In this document: positions 52,563-63,643 of the stretch, piece by piece
Position numbering within the stretch: position 1 is the stretch's first letter
How the letters are laid out: each line of letters begins with the position of its first letter
Origin: Blastocatellia bacterium
Lineage (GTDB): Bacteria; Acidobacteriota; Blastocatellia; RBC074
Direction of reading: 5' to 3'
DNA: 64,000 nucleotides
Assembly: GCA_046155785.1 (NCBI GenBank)
Contig: JBJXFR010000208.1
Coordinates: 18-64,017 of the forward strand
The notes under the pieces: model-generated
What the model was told of the DNA's origin: nothing
Database searches by the model: none
What the model saw: only the letters and a program-made list of their open reading frames with translations
Position numbers and translations under genes: made by a program

Positions 52563-53975
52563 ATGTTCGAGGCGTTATCAGACAAACTCAAAAAGGTAAT
52601 CAAAGACCTGCGTGGCGAAAGTCACCTGACGCCGGAGCATCTGGATTTGGCAATGCGCGAAATTCGCATTGCGTTGCTGGAAGCCGACGTTAATTTCAAG
52701 GTCGTTCGTGATTTTGTTGAGCGAGTTAAAAACCAAGCCATTGGTCAGGAAGTTCTGGATCAGCTTTCTCCAGGCCAGCAAGTCATCAAGATCGTCAACG
52801 ACGAGCTGATTTCGATGCTGGGCGGAACTTCCAGTCGTTTGCTATTCACGTCGAGGCGACCGAATTCCGTCATGATCGTCGGGTTGCAAGGATCGGGTAA
52901 AACGACTTCAACGGGCAAGCTGTCGAAGTGGCTTTACAACAATCAGAATCGCAATCCGCTGTTGCTGTCTGTGGACGTGTATCGCCCGGCGGCGCGCGCT
53001 CAACTGGAGGTCATCGGTAAGGCCGTCAATATTCCGGTCTTTGAAGGTCAGGGAATCAACGATCCGCTGGAACTGGTTAAAGCTGCGCGTTTGCATTGTG
53101 AGCAAGTCGGCTTTGACACCTTGATGATTGACACGGCAGGGCGGCTGCACATTGACGACGCGCTGATGGATGAATTGCAGCGCATCAAAGCGGAAATGCA
53201 GCCGGTTGAAACTCTGTTCGTCGCTGACGCGATGACCGGTCAGGACGCGGTTAAGAGCGCGAAAGAATTTCACGACCGCATAGGAATTAGTGGCGTCATT
53301 CTGACCAAGATGGATGGCGACGCTCGCGGAGGCGCGGCGCTTTCGATCAAGGAAGTCACTGGCCAACCTATCAAATTCGTTGGCGTTGGTGAAAAGTACG
53401 ACGCGCTGGAGCCGTTTTATCCTGACCGTATTGTGTCGCGCATTCTGGGAATGGGCGACGTGCTGTCGCTGATTGAAAAAGTCCAGGCGGAAGTTGATGA
53501 ACAAAAAGCGATTGAGCTGCAGGACAAGATGGAGCGGAATGCGTTCACGCTCGAAGATTTCCGCGATCAGCTCTCGCAAATGAAAAAGCTCGGCTCGATG
53601 GAAAGCCTGCTGAGCATGTTGCCCGGTGATCTGCTTGGCGGAATGCCAAAAATGACGCCGGAAATGTCCGCGCAAATGGAATCCGAGATGAAGCGCACCG
53701 AAGCGATCATCAATTCGATGACGCTGAAAGAACGCGACAATCATTTGATTCTTGGCCCATCACGGCGCAAACGCATTGCCCTGGGCAGCGGGACTAAACT
53801 CAGGGATGTTGATAACCTGTTGAAGCAATACATCGAAATGAAGCGCATGATGCAACAGATGATGGGCGGCGGTGACGGAATGCTCGGCGGGTTACGCGGA
53901 AAGGTTGTTCGCAAGCTGACAGGCGTCGGTTCGCGCAAAAAGAAAGACAAACGAAACAAGAAGAAAAGACGGTAG
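52563..53975 (+). CDS. ffh: Signal recognition particle protein Ffh
   Basis: GLQGSGKTT, DTAGR, TKMDGDARGG, Met-rich M domain. Confidence 0.98.
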   Translation: MFEALSDKLKKVIKDLRGESHLTPEHLDLAMREIRIALLEADVNFKVVRDFVERVKNQAIGQEVLDQLSPGQQVIKIVNDELISMLGGTSSRLLFTSRRPNSVMIVGLQGSGKTTSTGKLSKWLYNNQNRNPLLLSVDVYRPAARAQLEVIGKAVNIPVFEGQGINDPLELVKAARLHCEQVGFDTLMIDTAGRLHIDDALMDELQRIKAEMQPVETLFVADAMTGQDAVKSAKEFHDRIGISGVILTKMDGDARGGAALSIKEVTGQPIKFVGVGEKYDALEPFYPDRIVSRILGMGDVLSLIEKVQAEVDEQKAIELQDKMERNAFTLEDFRDQLSQMKKLGSMESLLSMLPGDLLGGMPKMTPEMSAQMESEMKRTEAIINSMTLKERDNHLILGPSRRKRIALGSGTKLRDVDNLLKQYIEMKRMMQQMMGGGDGMLGGLRGKVVRKLTGVGSRKKKDKRNKKKRR

Positions 53976-54077
53976 GTGGGAAGTCGTCGGCGTCATAGTT
54001 TCTACGACCTGACAACCCAGCGCCTGTCATCTATACTTCATCAGCTTTTAACTACAGTTTTTTTGGAGGTATTTGCT

Positions 54078-54344
54078 TTGTTAGCAATCAGACTGACCAG
54101 AGGTGGCGCGAAAAAGAAGCCTTTTTATCGCGTCGTTGTGGCCGAAAAGCGCAGCAAGCGCGATGGCCGTTGTGTCGAAATCGTTGGCTATTACAACCCT
54201 TGCCGCGAACCAGTTGAATTGAAGCTCAACCACGACCGCATTAGTTATTGGATGAAATGCGGCGCGCAACCGAGCGACACGGTTCGCAGCTTGATTCGCA
54301 AAAGTGAGCAGGAACAACCCGTCATCAGCGAAGCCGGTAACTAA
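54078..54344 (+). CDS. rpsP: 30S ribosomal protein S16
   Basis: [26 protein letters not shown]; TTG start behind GGAGG. Confidence 0.97.
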   Translation: MLAIRLTRGGAKKKPFYRVVVAEKRSKRDGRCVEIVGYYNPCREPVELKLNHDRISYWMKCGAQPSDTVRSLIRKSEQEQPVISEAGN

Positions 54345-54376
54345 CCGCTTGCTGATGTTTGGTCGGAGAAATCGCA

Positions 54377-54607
54377 ATGAAGGAATTGGTTGAGTTAATC
54401 GCCCAGTCACTGGTTGATAGCCCGGATGATGTCAAAGTCAAAGAGATTGAAGGACATCAAGCGACAGTATTGGAACTCCGCGTGGGCGACGGCGATTTGG
54501 GAAAAGTCATTGGCAAACAGGGACGCACGGCTCGCGCAATTCGGGCGGTGCTCAATGCTTCCGGCACTAAGCTGAAAAAACGATTCGTGCTGGAGATTTT
54601 GGAGTAA
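54377..54607 (+). CDS. khpA: KH domain RNA-binding protein KhpA
   Basis: [17 protein letters not shown]. Confidence 0.93.
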   Translation: MKELVELIAQSLVDSPDDVKVKEIEGHQATVLELRVGDGDLGKVIGKQGRTARAIRAVLNASGTKLKKRFVLEILE

Positions 54608-54609
54608 GT

Positions 54610-55134
54610 TTGCCCGACAATCCTGATGAACTGATTAGCATTGCCCGCATCGCGCGTCCGCAGGGAGTTCGCGGTGAAGTTATTGCCGATCTGTTGACGG
54701 ATTTCCCCGACCGGTTTTCTAAGCTTGATGCCACGCTGGTGAAAAAAGCGAACGGCGAGTTGGTGTCGTTGCAATTGGAAAATGCCCGACCTCACAAAGG
54801 TAGAATCCTTTTGAAGTTTGCGGGGTTTGGGGACATGAACGCTGCGGAGGCGTTGCGCGATGCTCGCGTGATGATTACCGCCGATCAATTGGTCAAACTG
54901 CCTGCGGACAATTACTACGAATTTGATTTGGTTGATTGTGCCGTGACAACTGTTGCTGGCCAGTTTGTGGGGCAAGTGACAGGCGTTCAGAATTTCGGCG
55001 CGGCACCATTGTTGGTAGTGAGAGACGGCGACCGCGAGCGTTTAATTCCGTTGGTTTCCCGCATCTGCCTTGAAGTTGACACCGCGCAAAAGCGAATTGT
55101 CGTTGATCCACCGGATGGACTTTTAGATTTGTGA
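54610..55134 (+). CDS. rimM: Ribosome maturation factor RimM
   Basis: PQGVRGEV, YYEFDLV, LIP, PDGLL; conserved operon position. Confidence 0.93.
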   Translation: MPDNPDELISIARIARPQGVRGEVIADLLTDFPDRFSKLDATLVKKANGELVSLQLENARPHKGRILLKFAGFGDMNAAEALRDARVMITADQLVKLPADNYYEFDLVDCAVTTVAGQFVGQVTGVQNFGAAPLLVVRDGDRERLIPLVSRICLEVDTAQKRIVVDPPDGLLDL

Positions 55135-55135
55135 G

Positions 55136-55223
55136 ATTGGTGGCTGACGGTTGGTAATCGGTAATCGGTAATTGGCGAGAGAGTTTCACAACCGGCCACT
55201 AACTACCGTTAACCGACCACTGA
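55136..55223. repeat. Inverted degenerate heptamer repeats (CGGTAAT-like / ACCGACC-like)
   Basis: ggttggtaatcggtaatcggtaattggc ... accggccactaactaccgttaaccgaccact. Confidence 0.65.
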
Positions 55224-55224
55224 T

Positions 55225-55998
55225 ATGCGCTTTGATCTGCTGACCATCTTCCCGGAGTTTTTTGTCGGGCCTTTTGAACACGGCATCATTCGCCGAGCGC
55301 GTCAGCAAAACCAGATTGAAGTTACGATTCACGATCTTCGCTCTTTTACAGATGACAAGCATCACGTCGTTGACGACCGGCCTTTTGGCGGCGGCGACGG
55401 GATGGTTCTGAAGCCGGAACCGATCTTCCGAGCCGTTGAAACGTTGCTGGCCGATGAGCAACCGGAAACGCTGCCCGGCGATGAGCAGAAGCGAACGGCA
55501 ATTGTGTTGATGTCGCCCCAGGGAAAAACCTTTTGCCAGGCGGAAGCGCAAAAGCTGGCGCAGGAATGTTCGCGCATGATTTTGCTCTGTGGGCGGTACG
55601 AAGGCATTGACGAACGAGTAGTGCAGCATTTGGTGACGGATGAACTTTCCATTGGAGATTACATCCTGACAGGCGGAGAAATTCCCGCGATGGTGGTGGT
55701 GGATGCTGTGACGCGATTGTTGCCAAATGTGTTGGGTAGCGAAACGTCTGCGGTTCACGATTCATTCAGCGCCGAACACGACGGCCTGTTGGATTATCCC
55801 CACTACACTCGTCCCGCTGATTTTCGTGGATGGCAAGCGCCGGAAGTTTTGATCGGTGGCCATCACGGCGAAGTCGCAAAATGGAGACGGCGAGCGGCTC
55901 TGTTGAAAACTTTGGAGCGTCGCCCGGAACTTTTAGAAAACGCCGCGCTGACAAACGAAGAGCGGCTCTGGCTGGCCGAACGCCAGCAACAAACCTGA
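55225..55998 (+). CDS. trmD: tRNA (guanine37-N1)-methyltransferase
   Basis: [40 protein letters not shown]. Confidence 0.97.
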   Translation: MRFDLLTIFPEFFVGPFEHGIIRRARQQNQIEVTIHDLRSFTDDKHHVVDDRPFGGGDGMVLKPEPIFRAVETLLADEQPETLPGDEQKRTAIVLMSPQGKTFCQAEAQKLAQECSRMILLCGRYEGIDERVVQHLVTDELSIGDYILTGGEIPAMVVVDAVTRLLPNVLGSETSAVHDSFSAEHDGLLDYPHYTRPADFRGWQAPEVLIGGHHGEVAKWRRRAALLKTLERRPELLENAALTNEERLWLAERQQQT

Positions 55999-56039
55999 AT
56001 TTTAAGATTTGAATTTTTGATACCAGAGAGGTGATTGCC

Positions 56040-56438
56040 ATGTATGCATTGAGTAATGTTGAACAATCTTATTTAAGAAATGACATTCCTGATTTCATTC
56101 CCGGAGACACTGTCCGCGTTCATGTGCGGATCAAGGAAAGTGAAACCAAGGAACGGTTACAAGCCTTTGAAGGCGTCGTCATCGCGCGCGCTGGCAGCGG
56201 CGTCCGCGAAACCATTACCGTCCGCAAGTCGTCCTTTGGCATTGGCGTTGAGCGTATCTTCCCGCTGAACGCCACGATCATTGGGCACATCGAAGTCATT
56301 AAACGTGGCCGTGTTCGTCGCGCCAAGCTTTATTACCTGCGCGCACTGCGCGGCAAGGCGGCTCGTATCCGCGAACGCGACACCCGCGTGACCGCGGCGA
56401 ACAAAGCCGCCGGTAAAGCTCAAAAGAAAGCTGAGTAA
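56040..56438 (+). CDS. rplS: 50S ribosomal protein L19
   Basis: [31 protein letters not shown]. Confidence 0.98.
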   Translation: MYALSNVEQSYLRNDIPDFIPGDTVRVHVRIKESETKERLQAFEGVVIARAGSGVRETITVRKSSFGIGVERIFPLNATIIGHIEVIKRGRVRRAKLYYLRALRGKAARIRERDTRVTAANKAAGKAQKKAE

Positions 56439-56462
56439 ACACGCCTTTAATTTCTGAAGAGA

Positions 56463-56492
56463 GAAGGCCGGGGCGTTTGCGCTCCGGTCTTC
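56463..56492 (+). terminator. Hairpin after rplS
   Basis: gaaggccggggcg ... cgctccggtcttc. Confidence 0.5.
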
Positions 56493-56657
56493 GTCGTTCC
56501 TCGCCTCACAATTTCCTGCTCAGATTGCTCACTGATCGCTTGCAGGGAAGATGCCTTTCGCCAGTTGGGCATCGGCTGAATAATCGTTTTGCCACCACTG
56601 GCCTCGTTGAATTCTCATCGATGTTTATCAACGCAGTCTTCATCAGGTTGAATTCCT

Positions 56658-58340
56658 ATGTCTGAATCAATCAACGAGCAAACCCATTCGGTTGAAGAAT
56701 CTGAATCAGTTCAACCATCGCCAAATCCCCTGAAAATTGCCGGGCCGGTCAGCCTGATCGCCTGTTTGCTGATTTATGTGCTTCGATTGGATCGTGTCGT
56801 TGGGCTTTTCGTTGATGATGGCTGGTACATACTGCTGGCCAAATCGCTGGCCACGGGGCAAGGTTATTCGCTGATCAACTCGCCTTCCTCTGGGATTTTG
56901 CCGCTCTATCCACCGGCTTACCCGTTCCTGTTGTCGCTGTTTTATCGAATTTTGCCGGACTTCCCAGACAACGTCTGGCTGTTGAAATCGGTTTCAATCG
57001 TGGCAATGATGGGCGTTGGCGTTATTGGCTACAGATACTTTGTCAAAGAGCGCGAACTGCCGCCGATGCTGGCGTTGGGAATTTGTGTCGCCGCTGTTAT
57101 CAGTCCGCCGCTGGTGTTTATGGCGACTTCGACAATGATGTCGGAATGCGTGTTTGCTCTGCTCTTTTTGACGACGGTAGTTGTGATCGAAAAATGCGCG
57201 CGAAGCGAAACGGCGTCGCGCCAATTGCAATTGGCCGCCTTCGGAGCCGTGTTGGCTTCGATTGGATTCCTGACCCGCTCAATCGCGATTAGCGTGATCG
57301 CCGCCGGATTTTTTTACCTGTTGAAAAACCGATTGATTAAACCCGCCATCGTTTTCACCATAATCGTCGCCGCGTTGTGTGGTCCCTGGATGATTTACAC
57401 ACGGCTGCATACGCCTACCCCCGCGCAACAAACTGAACAGGGCGGCCACATCGTGTTGCCTTACACCAAGCAGTTTTGGCAGAAACGCGCGGGATTCAGT
57501 TTTTCTGGAGAGATCACCGCCGCTGAATTGCCGGAGCGCGTTCTGAATAACTCCATCGAAATCAGCGGGCGCGACATTGGACGCATAGTTGTCACGCCGC
57601 TCTTTGAAGCCTTGCGCGATCCTTATCAGGAAGCGCAAAAAGAAAGCGTCAAACAAGGCGGCAGAGGCGACACCTGGAGCGTGTCGTTCTTCCTCAGCAT
57701 TTTTGCCATCATTGGCTTAATCGCCACGGCGCGCCGAAAAATGACGATGGCGGAATTTGCCGTGCCGCTGTCGTTGGCCGTGACCGTGCTGTGGCCCTGG
57801 GAAACCTTCCGTTTCGTGTTGCCGCTGATACCGTTCGTCATTTTTTATTTTGCGCTGGGAATTCGGGAGTTGGTCGCGCTGATTCAACGATCCAAGCCAG
57901 CTACCAATGGGGCGTTGCAATGGCAAGCCGCGCTGCTTGTCGTGGCGTTGATTGCCGCAGTGAACCTGTACGGCAACGTTAATTACATTTACAAAAGCGG
58001 CGACCTGCGTGAGCGTCCGCAATGGCTGCAAACTTTTGACGAAGCCGAGGCGATGTTGAAATGGGTGAAAGCCAATGTCGCGCCGAATGACGGGATCGCT
58101 ACGCTGAACCCACCGTTGGTGAATTTGTACACCGACCGCAAAACCATCGCGTCGGATTTTCCGGCTCAAAACTGGGAAAACTGGAAACGGCTGGGCATTC
58201 GTTATGTCGTCAAAGCCGCCGTGTACGGAGAAAATCCCGATCCGAACGAGCAGAAATTCAAGATCGTTTACCGCGCTCCCGGCAGAGTCAATTTCCGCGT
58301 TGTGGATTTGGGGCCTGTCGAATCGCGCCCGAACTGGTAA
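56658..58340 (+). CDS. Multi-TM GT-C-type glycosyltransferase (ArnT/PMT-like), paralog 1
   Basis: DDGWYILLAKSLATG, YPPAYP, MSE and TR motifs; many TM helices. Confidence 0.7.
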   Translation: MSESINEQTHSVEESESVQPSPNPLKIAGPVSLIACLLIYVLRLDRVVGLFVDDGWYILLAKSLATGQGYSLINSPSSGILPLYPPAYPFLLSLFYRILPDFPDNVWLLKSVSIVAMMGVGVIGYRYFVKERELPPMLALGICVAAVISPPLVFMATSTMMSECVFALLFLTTVVVIEKCARSETASRQLQLAAFGAVLASIGFLTRSIAISVIAAGFFYLLKNRLIKPAIVFTIIVAALCGPWMIYTRLHTPTPAQQTEQGGHIVLPYTKQFWQKRAGFSFSGEITAAELPERVLNNSIEISGRDIGRIVVTPLFEALRDPYQEAQKESVKQGGRGDTWSVSFFLSIFAIIGLIATARRKMTMAEFAVPLSLAVTVLWPWETFRFVLPLIPFVIFYFALGIRELVALIQRSKPATNGALQWQAALLVVALIAAVNLYGNVNYIYKSGDLRERPQWLQTFDEAEAMLKWVKANVAPNDGIATLNPPLVNLYTDRKTIASDFPAQNWENWKRLGIRYVVKAAVYGENPDPNEQKFKIVYRAPGRVNFRVVDLGPVESRPNW

Positions 58341-58395
58341 TTGGCCTGCGTCTGCAATCCGCGCGCAGGCGTGAATCTTTCAATCAATCCTTTCA

Positions 58396-60144
58396 ATGCG
58401 AACGAAAAAAACATCTGAGCGAAACAAGGTTGCCCAATCCGAAGTTGACGCCGCAACCCTTCAAAACAACGACCATCCGGCAACTCGCAATTTTGTCTTC
58501 GCCAGTTTTGCCATTGCGCTGGCCGTCTTCCTGGCGGTTTACTTGCTGCGACTGGATCGCATTGTAGGGCTGTTTGTTGACGATGCCTGGTATGCGCTGC
58601 TGGCCAAATCGCTGGCGACCGGGCAAGGCTATCAACTGATTAACTCGCCTTCGCCGGGAATCCTGCCGGTGTATCCGCCGATTTATCCTTTCCTGATGTC
58701 GCTGGCTTATCGCTTGTGGCCAAGCTTCCCGAACAATGTCTTGCTGCTGAAATCAGTTTCGGTGGTGGCAATGTTTGTCGTCGGCGTAGCCAGTTACAAA
58801 CACTTCCACCGCGACCGCGAGTGGCCGCATTTGTTGTCGCTGATTTCGGCGTTGACAGTCACCTTGATGCCAAGCCTGGTGTTTTTGGCAACTTCGTCCA
58901 CGATGTCCGAATGCGTGTTCGCCGCGTTTCAACTGCTGGCGGCGCTGGTTGTCGAATCCGCCGCGCGCGCTGAAGACGACAAGGCTGGGCTTCGCCATGC
59001 GGCGTTTGGCGGCGCATTGGCGGCCATTGCGTTTCTGACGCGCTCTATTGGGTTGGCAATTATCGGAGCCGGATTCCTTTATCTGGTGAAAGAGCGTAAG
59101 TGGCGAGCGGCAGCGGCGTTTACTCTGGCGGTGATGATTGTTGCCGGGCCGTGGGTCGTTTATTCGCGCATAAACCAGCCGACTGCTGAACAGCGCGCCG
59201 AACAAGGGGGAATGATCGTTCAGGATTATTCCACACAGTTTTGGCAAGCAAGCGCGGGTCTTTCTTCCGCCGCAGTAATTCATCTGGACACGTTGCCGGA
59301 TCGTATTTTGGGTAATGCCAAGCAAATTGTTGGCAATAACATGGCCAAGGTCTTTACCCCGACGTTTTACCGCTCTCCAAAATTGAGCGGAGAAGAAACT
59401 CTGGAAGCAGGTAAAGTAACTCATGGCCTGTCCTATTTGTTCAGTCTGATCTTGCTGTTTGGTTTTGTAATAACAGTCAGGCGTCGTCTGCGTTTGGCCG
59501 AAATTACGGTTGTGCTTACTTTGTTGATTACTTGCGCCTGGCCCTGGGACACTTTCAGGTTTCTGTTGCCACTGATGACGTTTCTGCTTGCTTATCTATT
59601 GGAGGCGCTGCGCGGATTGCGCGAGTTAATTGAGCAGAAACTTGAATTGAAAATGGCAGGGCAGTCCTGGCGATTTATGGGCTTCGTTACGGGATTACTG
59701 CTGGCTTTGTTTTTGTACGACCATTCGGTTTATCTGGCAAAACGCTCCGACCTTTCGCGCGCAGAGTATCTGCCGTGGCGTGCGATATTCAACGAACATC
59801 TGGAGGCATTGAACTGGATAAAGGAAAAGACGCCTGAAGACGCCGTGGTCTGCACTCAAAATCCGGCAATGGTTCATTTGTACGCTAATCGCAAAAGCGT
59901 TGCTGGCGACAACCCCCAAGGCAATTGGGAAAACTGGAAGCGGTTGAACGTTCGTTACCGAGCATATATGTCAGTTTACGCAATTGCCGAGGCCGGATTA
60001 GACGAAGGGCGATTCAATCATGTTTATCGTTCAAAAGGGCCGTTGAAGTTCCGTATCCTGGATTTGGGACGCAAGGAATCTCGGTTGCCGTGGACAGCCT
60101 TTGGTACAACAGGCGGCTCCATCCGCATGGACAATGTGAAGTAA
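58396..60144 (+). CDS. Multi-TM GT-C-type glycosyltransferase, paralog 2
   Basis: DDAWYALLAKSLATG, YPPIYP; colinear with the upstream paralog. Confidence 0.7.
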   Translation: MRTKKTSERNKVAQSEVDAATLQNNDHPATRNFVFASFAIALAVFLAVYLLRLDRIVGLFVDDAWYALLAKSLATGQGYQLINSPSPGILPVYPPIYPFLMSLAYRLWPSFPNNVLLLKSVSVVAMFVVGVASYKHFHRDREWPHLLSLISALTVTLMPSLVFLATSSTMSECVFAAFQLLAALVVESAARAEDDKAGLRHAAFGGALAAIAFLTRSIGLAIIGAGFLYLVKERKWRAAAAFTLAVMIVAGPWVVYSRINQPTAEQRAEQGGMIVQDYSTQFWQASAGLSSAAVIHLDTLPDRILGNAKQIVGNNMAKVFTPTFYRSPKLSGEETLEAGKVTHGLSYLFSLILLFGFVITVRRRLRLAEITVVLTLLITCAWPWDTFRFLLPLMTFLLAYLLEALRGLRELIEQKLELKMAGQSWRFMGFVTGLLLALFLYDHSVYLAKRSDLSRAEYLPWRAIFNEHLEALNWIKEKTPEDAVVCTQNPAMVHLYANRKSVAGDNPQGNWENWKRLNVRYRAYMSVYAIAEAGLDEGRFNHVYRSKGPLKFRILDLGRKESRLPWTAFGTTGGSIRMDNVK

Positions 60145-60163
60145 CGAATCGAAAGTAGACAGG

Positions 60164-62665
60164 ATGAACAAGACTGGCCAGGATGATTCGTCATCCGCAA
60201 ACCTAAACCCATTTCGCCATCTTGTTGAATCGTTTCAATCTCGCTTGAAAACACTTTCGCCGCGCGCCAAAGACTGGCTGGCCCGTTTGTTTCTATTCTT
60301 CCTTGTGCCGATTTTCTTTTGGCGAGAAACGCTGGGCCGAATAACGCTGGGCGATCAAGACGCCGTCTTCTGGTTTTTTCCCGCTTATAAATTCTCCGCA
60401 GAGCAAATCCGCTCTGGCTCCTTCCCGTTCTGGAACCCCAATCAATACGGTGGCATTCCGTTTTTCGCCGAATGGCAATCGGGCGCGCTTGATCCGCTGA
60501 ACTGGATTCACTGGTTTGGAGCGACTTCGCGCACGCTGACGCTTTCAATTGAATTGAGTTTCGCCATCGCGTTGTTGGCGATGTTCAGTTACGCGCGCAG
60601 TCTGAATTTCACTCGTCGAGCCAGCGTGTTCGCCGCCGTTATTTTTGGACTGAGCGGGTTTCTGGTTGGCCGAACTCTGTACCCCGGCTTCGTTCGCATC
60701 GTGGCTCTGGCGCCTCTTGTTCTCTGTTTTACCGAACGGCTGAGCCAGCGCGGACGTTGGCGTGACGTAGTTTTTGGCGCGCTGATTATCACTTGGCAAA
60801 TCTTTGCCGCTCATCCGCAACCGCTGATTTATTCCTCGCTGCTGGCCTGCGCCTACGCGCTTTTCAGATTTCAAATTTCGGATTTGAAAAGATCGTTTGG
60901 CTTCTTGCTGAAATTCTCATTGATGTTCATTGCCGCAATCGGCCTGGCTGCAATCCAGCTTTTTCCCGCTTTTGAGTTCGCCACAAAATCCGTTCGGCAG
61001 GAATGGCCGTTTGAATTGTTCACGTTGCATTCGCTGCATCCGGCGTCTTTGCTGGTGACGCTGTTTCCGTTTCTGCACGGATCGGGCAAGGGGATTTATT
61101 CGCTGCCGTACTGGGGAACGTATTGGCATCACAACGAAGCGCAGATTTATCTGGGCGCGTTGACGTTGTCATTGGCCGTGGCGGGAACGATTGCTGCGTG
61201 GAAGTTTCGGTTCAGTGTCGGCAAGTTTTGGAGCGTGGTCGCCGTCATTGGAACCGTGTTGGCGCTGGGCAAATACTCCGGCATGGTTGCCAAGCTGCTG
61301 TTTCACTTTCCATTGGTCAGCCATTTTCGCAGCCCCAACCGTCACTGGATGGAAGCCACAATCGCCGTCGCAGTATTAGCCGGGTACGCGGTGGATCGGT
61401 TGATTCAGGCGGAACAGGAATCGGAATTCGTCCGTCGTTGTTTGCAAGCTGCTTCAACCGTGATTGTGTTGTTCGTTTTGAGTGTTGGAGGTTTGGCGTT
61501 TTGGCAAAGAACGGCATTTGAAAATCTGCTGCGTTCGTTGACAGGTTTGAATCATTTGTCTGCTGGGTTTTTGCAATCCGCCAAGTGGGAGTTTCTGCTG
61601 CCGATGATTACGTCGGTGTGCGCCTATGTGGCGACGATCATCTTTTGCCGAGTCAGCGCTATGACCGATAGGAAGCGAGGCTTACATAAGACAGCCTATT
61701 CGTTGCTGTTGGCCGCTTTGCTGATAGATTTCAATCTGTATGCGGCCTTCGCGCCGATCAACAATCCCGCCAAGCTGGAAACGCTGATTGGCCAGGCCAT
61801 GCCGCTGGAACTGGCAGCCGAGCAAAATTCGCTTCAGCCGTTTCGATACCAAATGATGCTGAATGTTGCGACCGGCGAATTCAGTCCGTATTGGTTTTAC
61901 GGCCACGAAATGATGGCGGGTTACGATCCGGTGTTGACCGAGCGGCAAAAAGTTTTCAGCGGATTGGACGAAGCCGGACGTTCGTTCAATCAGACAATGC
62001 TGGAAACGCAAGACCGCACGCTGGATATTTTCAATGTGCGTTATGTGTTCGTGCCGCCTGGCATGATTAACGATCACCTTAATGACGAAACTCGTTGGCG
62101 CGAAGTCGTTATCAAACGCGACCCTGCCAGGCCTTACGCCGATTACCGCATCTTTGAAAATCTGCGCGCGTTGCCGCGTGTTTGGCTGGCCGGAAAAATA
62201 AAAACGGCCTGGGAAGGCGATCAGCTTAAATTGATTCGCGGCCAGATCATTGACCCGGACTTCGATCCGCGAACGACGGCATTGATTGATCCAGACACGG
62301 CGGCCAAAGTAACACCGCCAGAAGGCGGAACTACGAACGGAGTCGCAATCGTTCGCCGCTCGCCGAACGAGTTTGTGATTGAAACGAATGCCGACAACGC
62401 TTCAATGCTGGTGATGAGCGAGATGTTTTATCCAGGCTGGAAGGTGAAGATTGACGGCGTTGAATCGGAATTGCTGCGCGTGAATTACAACTTGCGCGGT
62501 GTGCAGGTTTCAGTGGGCAAACATATTGTCGAATTGAATTATTGGCCGGAATCGCTAACAAAAGGGGCGGCCATCAGCTTGATGACCGCCCTCGGTTTGC
62601 TTGGGATTTTGCTGTGGGAAAGACGCCGCGTTACGGGCGTGGGCGCGGAGTCGGCGTCGGTTTAG
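60164..62665 (+). CDS. YfhO family membrane glycosyltransferase-like protein
   Basis: PFWNPNQYGGIPF, HPQ, FRSPNR, N..ALPR, LVMSEMFYPGW..G.H C-terminus. Confidence 0.85.
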   Translation: MNKTGQDDSSSANLNPFRHLVESFQSRLKTLSPRAKDWLARLFLFFLVPIFFWRETLGRITLGDQDAVFWFFPAYKFSAEQIRSGSFPFWNPNQYGGIPFFAEWQSGALDPLNWIHWFGATSRTLTLSIELSFAIALLAMFSYARSLNFTRRASVFAAVIFGLSGFLVGRTLYPGFVRIVALAPLVLCFTERLSQRGRWRDVVFGALIITWQIFAAHPQPLIYSSLLACAYALFRFQISDLKRSFGFLLKFSLMFIAAIGLAAIQLFPAFEFATKSVRQEWPFELFTLHSLHPASLLVTLFPFLHGSGKGIYSLPYWGTYWHHNEAQIYLGALTLSLAVAGTIAAWKFRFSVGKFWSVVAVIGTVLALGKYSGMVAKLLFHFPLVSHFRSPNRHWMEATIAVAVLAGYAVDRLIQAEQESEFVRRCLQAASTVIVLFVLSVGGLAFWQRTAFENLLRSLTGLNHLSAGFLQSAKWEFLLPMITSVCAYVATIIFCRVSAMTDRKRGLHKTAYSLLLAALLIDFNLYAAFAPINNPAKLETLIGQAMPLELAAEQNSLQPFRYQMMLNVATGEFSPYWFYGHEMMAGYDPVLTERQKVFSGLDEAGRSFNQTMLETQDRTLDIFNVRYVFVPPGMINDHLNDETRWREVVIKRDPARPYADYRIFENLRALPRVWLAGKIKTAWEGDQLKLIRGQIIDPDFDPRTTALIDPDTAAKVTPPEGGTTNGVAIVRRSPNEFVIETNADNASMLVMSEMFYPGWKVKIDGVESELLRVNYNLRGVQVSVGKHIVELNYWPESLTKGAAISLMTALGLLGILLWERRRVTGVGAESASV
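62309..62338. repeat. GTAG-type REP copy in-frame within the YfhO gene
   Basis: gtaacaccgccagaaggcggaactacgaac encodes [10 protein letters not shown]. Confidence 0.7.
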
Positions 62666-63557
62666 CCTTCGAGTCTTCTTTTTTTACGTCGCCCGGTTTG
62701 GGCGCGGCGTCGGGTTTCGCTTTGTCGTCGGCTTTTGGTTCGTCTTTGACCTCTTCGGCGTCCAGGAACTTGATGTCGGATTGGAACCGGCGATAGTTTT
62801 TGTACTTGACGATCATGCGAATGTGCAGCGGCGGCCCACCATCAAAGAACAATTTGTCATCGCCATACGTGTAGGTCGGAAACCAATAACGGCCGTCAAT
62901 GTTTTCGCGGTACGTCTCGAATTTCGGAAACCGCTGTCTGAATTCCGGCACAACTTTGCCAGCGGTTTTAACGACTTGCATGTCTTCGTCGTCCACCCAG
63001 ATTCGGCCTTGAAAGAATTTGCCTTCGACTTTTTGATCCTTCAGCTTCTTCAATTCGCGTTCGTTCGACATGACTTTTGGAACCACGTCAAAGACGTACG
63101 TGTTCAGGTCGTCCACTTTTTCTCTTCCAACGTAACTGATCGTGTACAGCGGCAAATCCTTGGTGGTCAGAGCGAAAGGCTGCAAGTTGGTCAACGCGTT
63201 TTTGTCTTCGTAAGTCAAAACGCCTTCGCGTTCCAAATCAGAAATGGGAGCTTTGACAATTTTTTGCTGGCGTTGACCGGCGTCGTTAAAGACGAATTCC
63301 GAGACTTGATAAAACTCGCCCGTGACGGTTTTGGCTTGCCCGATTCGTTGCATCTTGGATTCCTGCACGTAGGAATACTCTTTCCAGACTTCCAACAATT
63401 CGCTTTCTTTGGCAGCGAAGCGTTTGATTATTTCTTCCGGCGCAAGTTGCGGCGATGTTTTCTGAGCGGGCGCTCCTGCCGGTTGTTGGGCCGCCGCCGA
63501 CCACAACGAAGCCGCCAGCGTCAGCGCGATTATCAAAGCGAATAGAATTCTTTTCAT
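62631..63557 (-). CDS. Secreted conserved hypothetical protein (beta-rich, LolA/MucB-like fold possible)
   Basis: Signal peptide; YVFDVVPK, FQGRIWVDD, YWFPTY; Lys/Pro-rich tail overlapping the YfhO 3' end. Confidence 0.75.
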   Translation of the reverse strand: MKRILFALIIALTLAASLWSAAAQQPAGAPAQKTSPQLAPEEIIKRFAAKESELLEVWKEYSYVQESKMQRIGQAKTVTGEFYQVSEFVFNDAGQRQQKIVKAPISDLEREGVLTYEDKNALTNLQPFALTTKDLPLYTISYVGREKVDDLNTYVFDVVPKVMSNERELKKLKDQKVEGKFFQGRIWVDDEDMQVVKTAGKVVPEFRQRFPKFETYRENIDGRYWFPTYTYGDDKLFFDGGPPLHIRMIVKYKNYRRFQSDIKFLDAEEVKDEPKADDKAKPDAAPKPGDVKKEDSKAKPTPTPRPRP

Positions 63558-63643
63558 CTCGATTTCCCCCTTCAAATTTTTTGCAGTGTCGAATTGATAA
63601 CGGACAGCGTGGGTTGAACGACGCCGGGCAAATCGGCTTGCAA

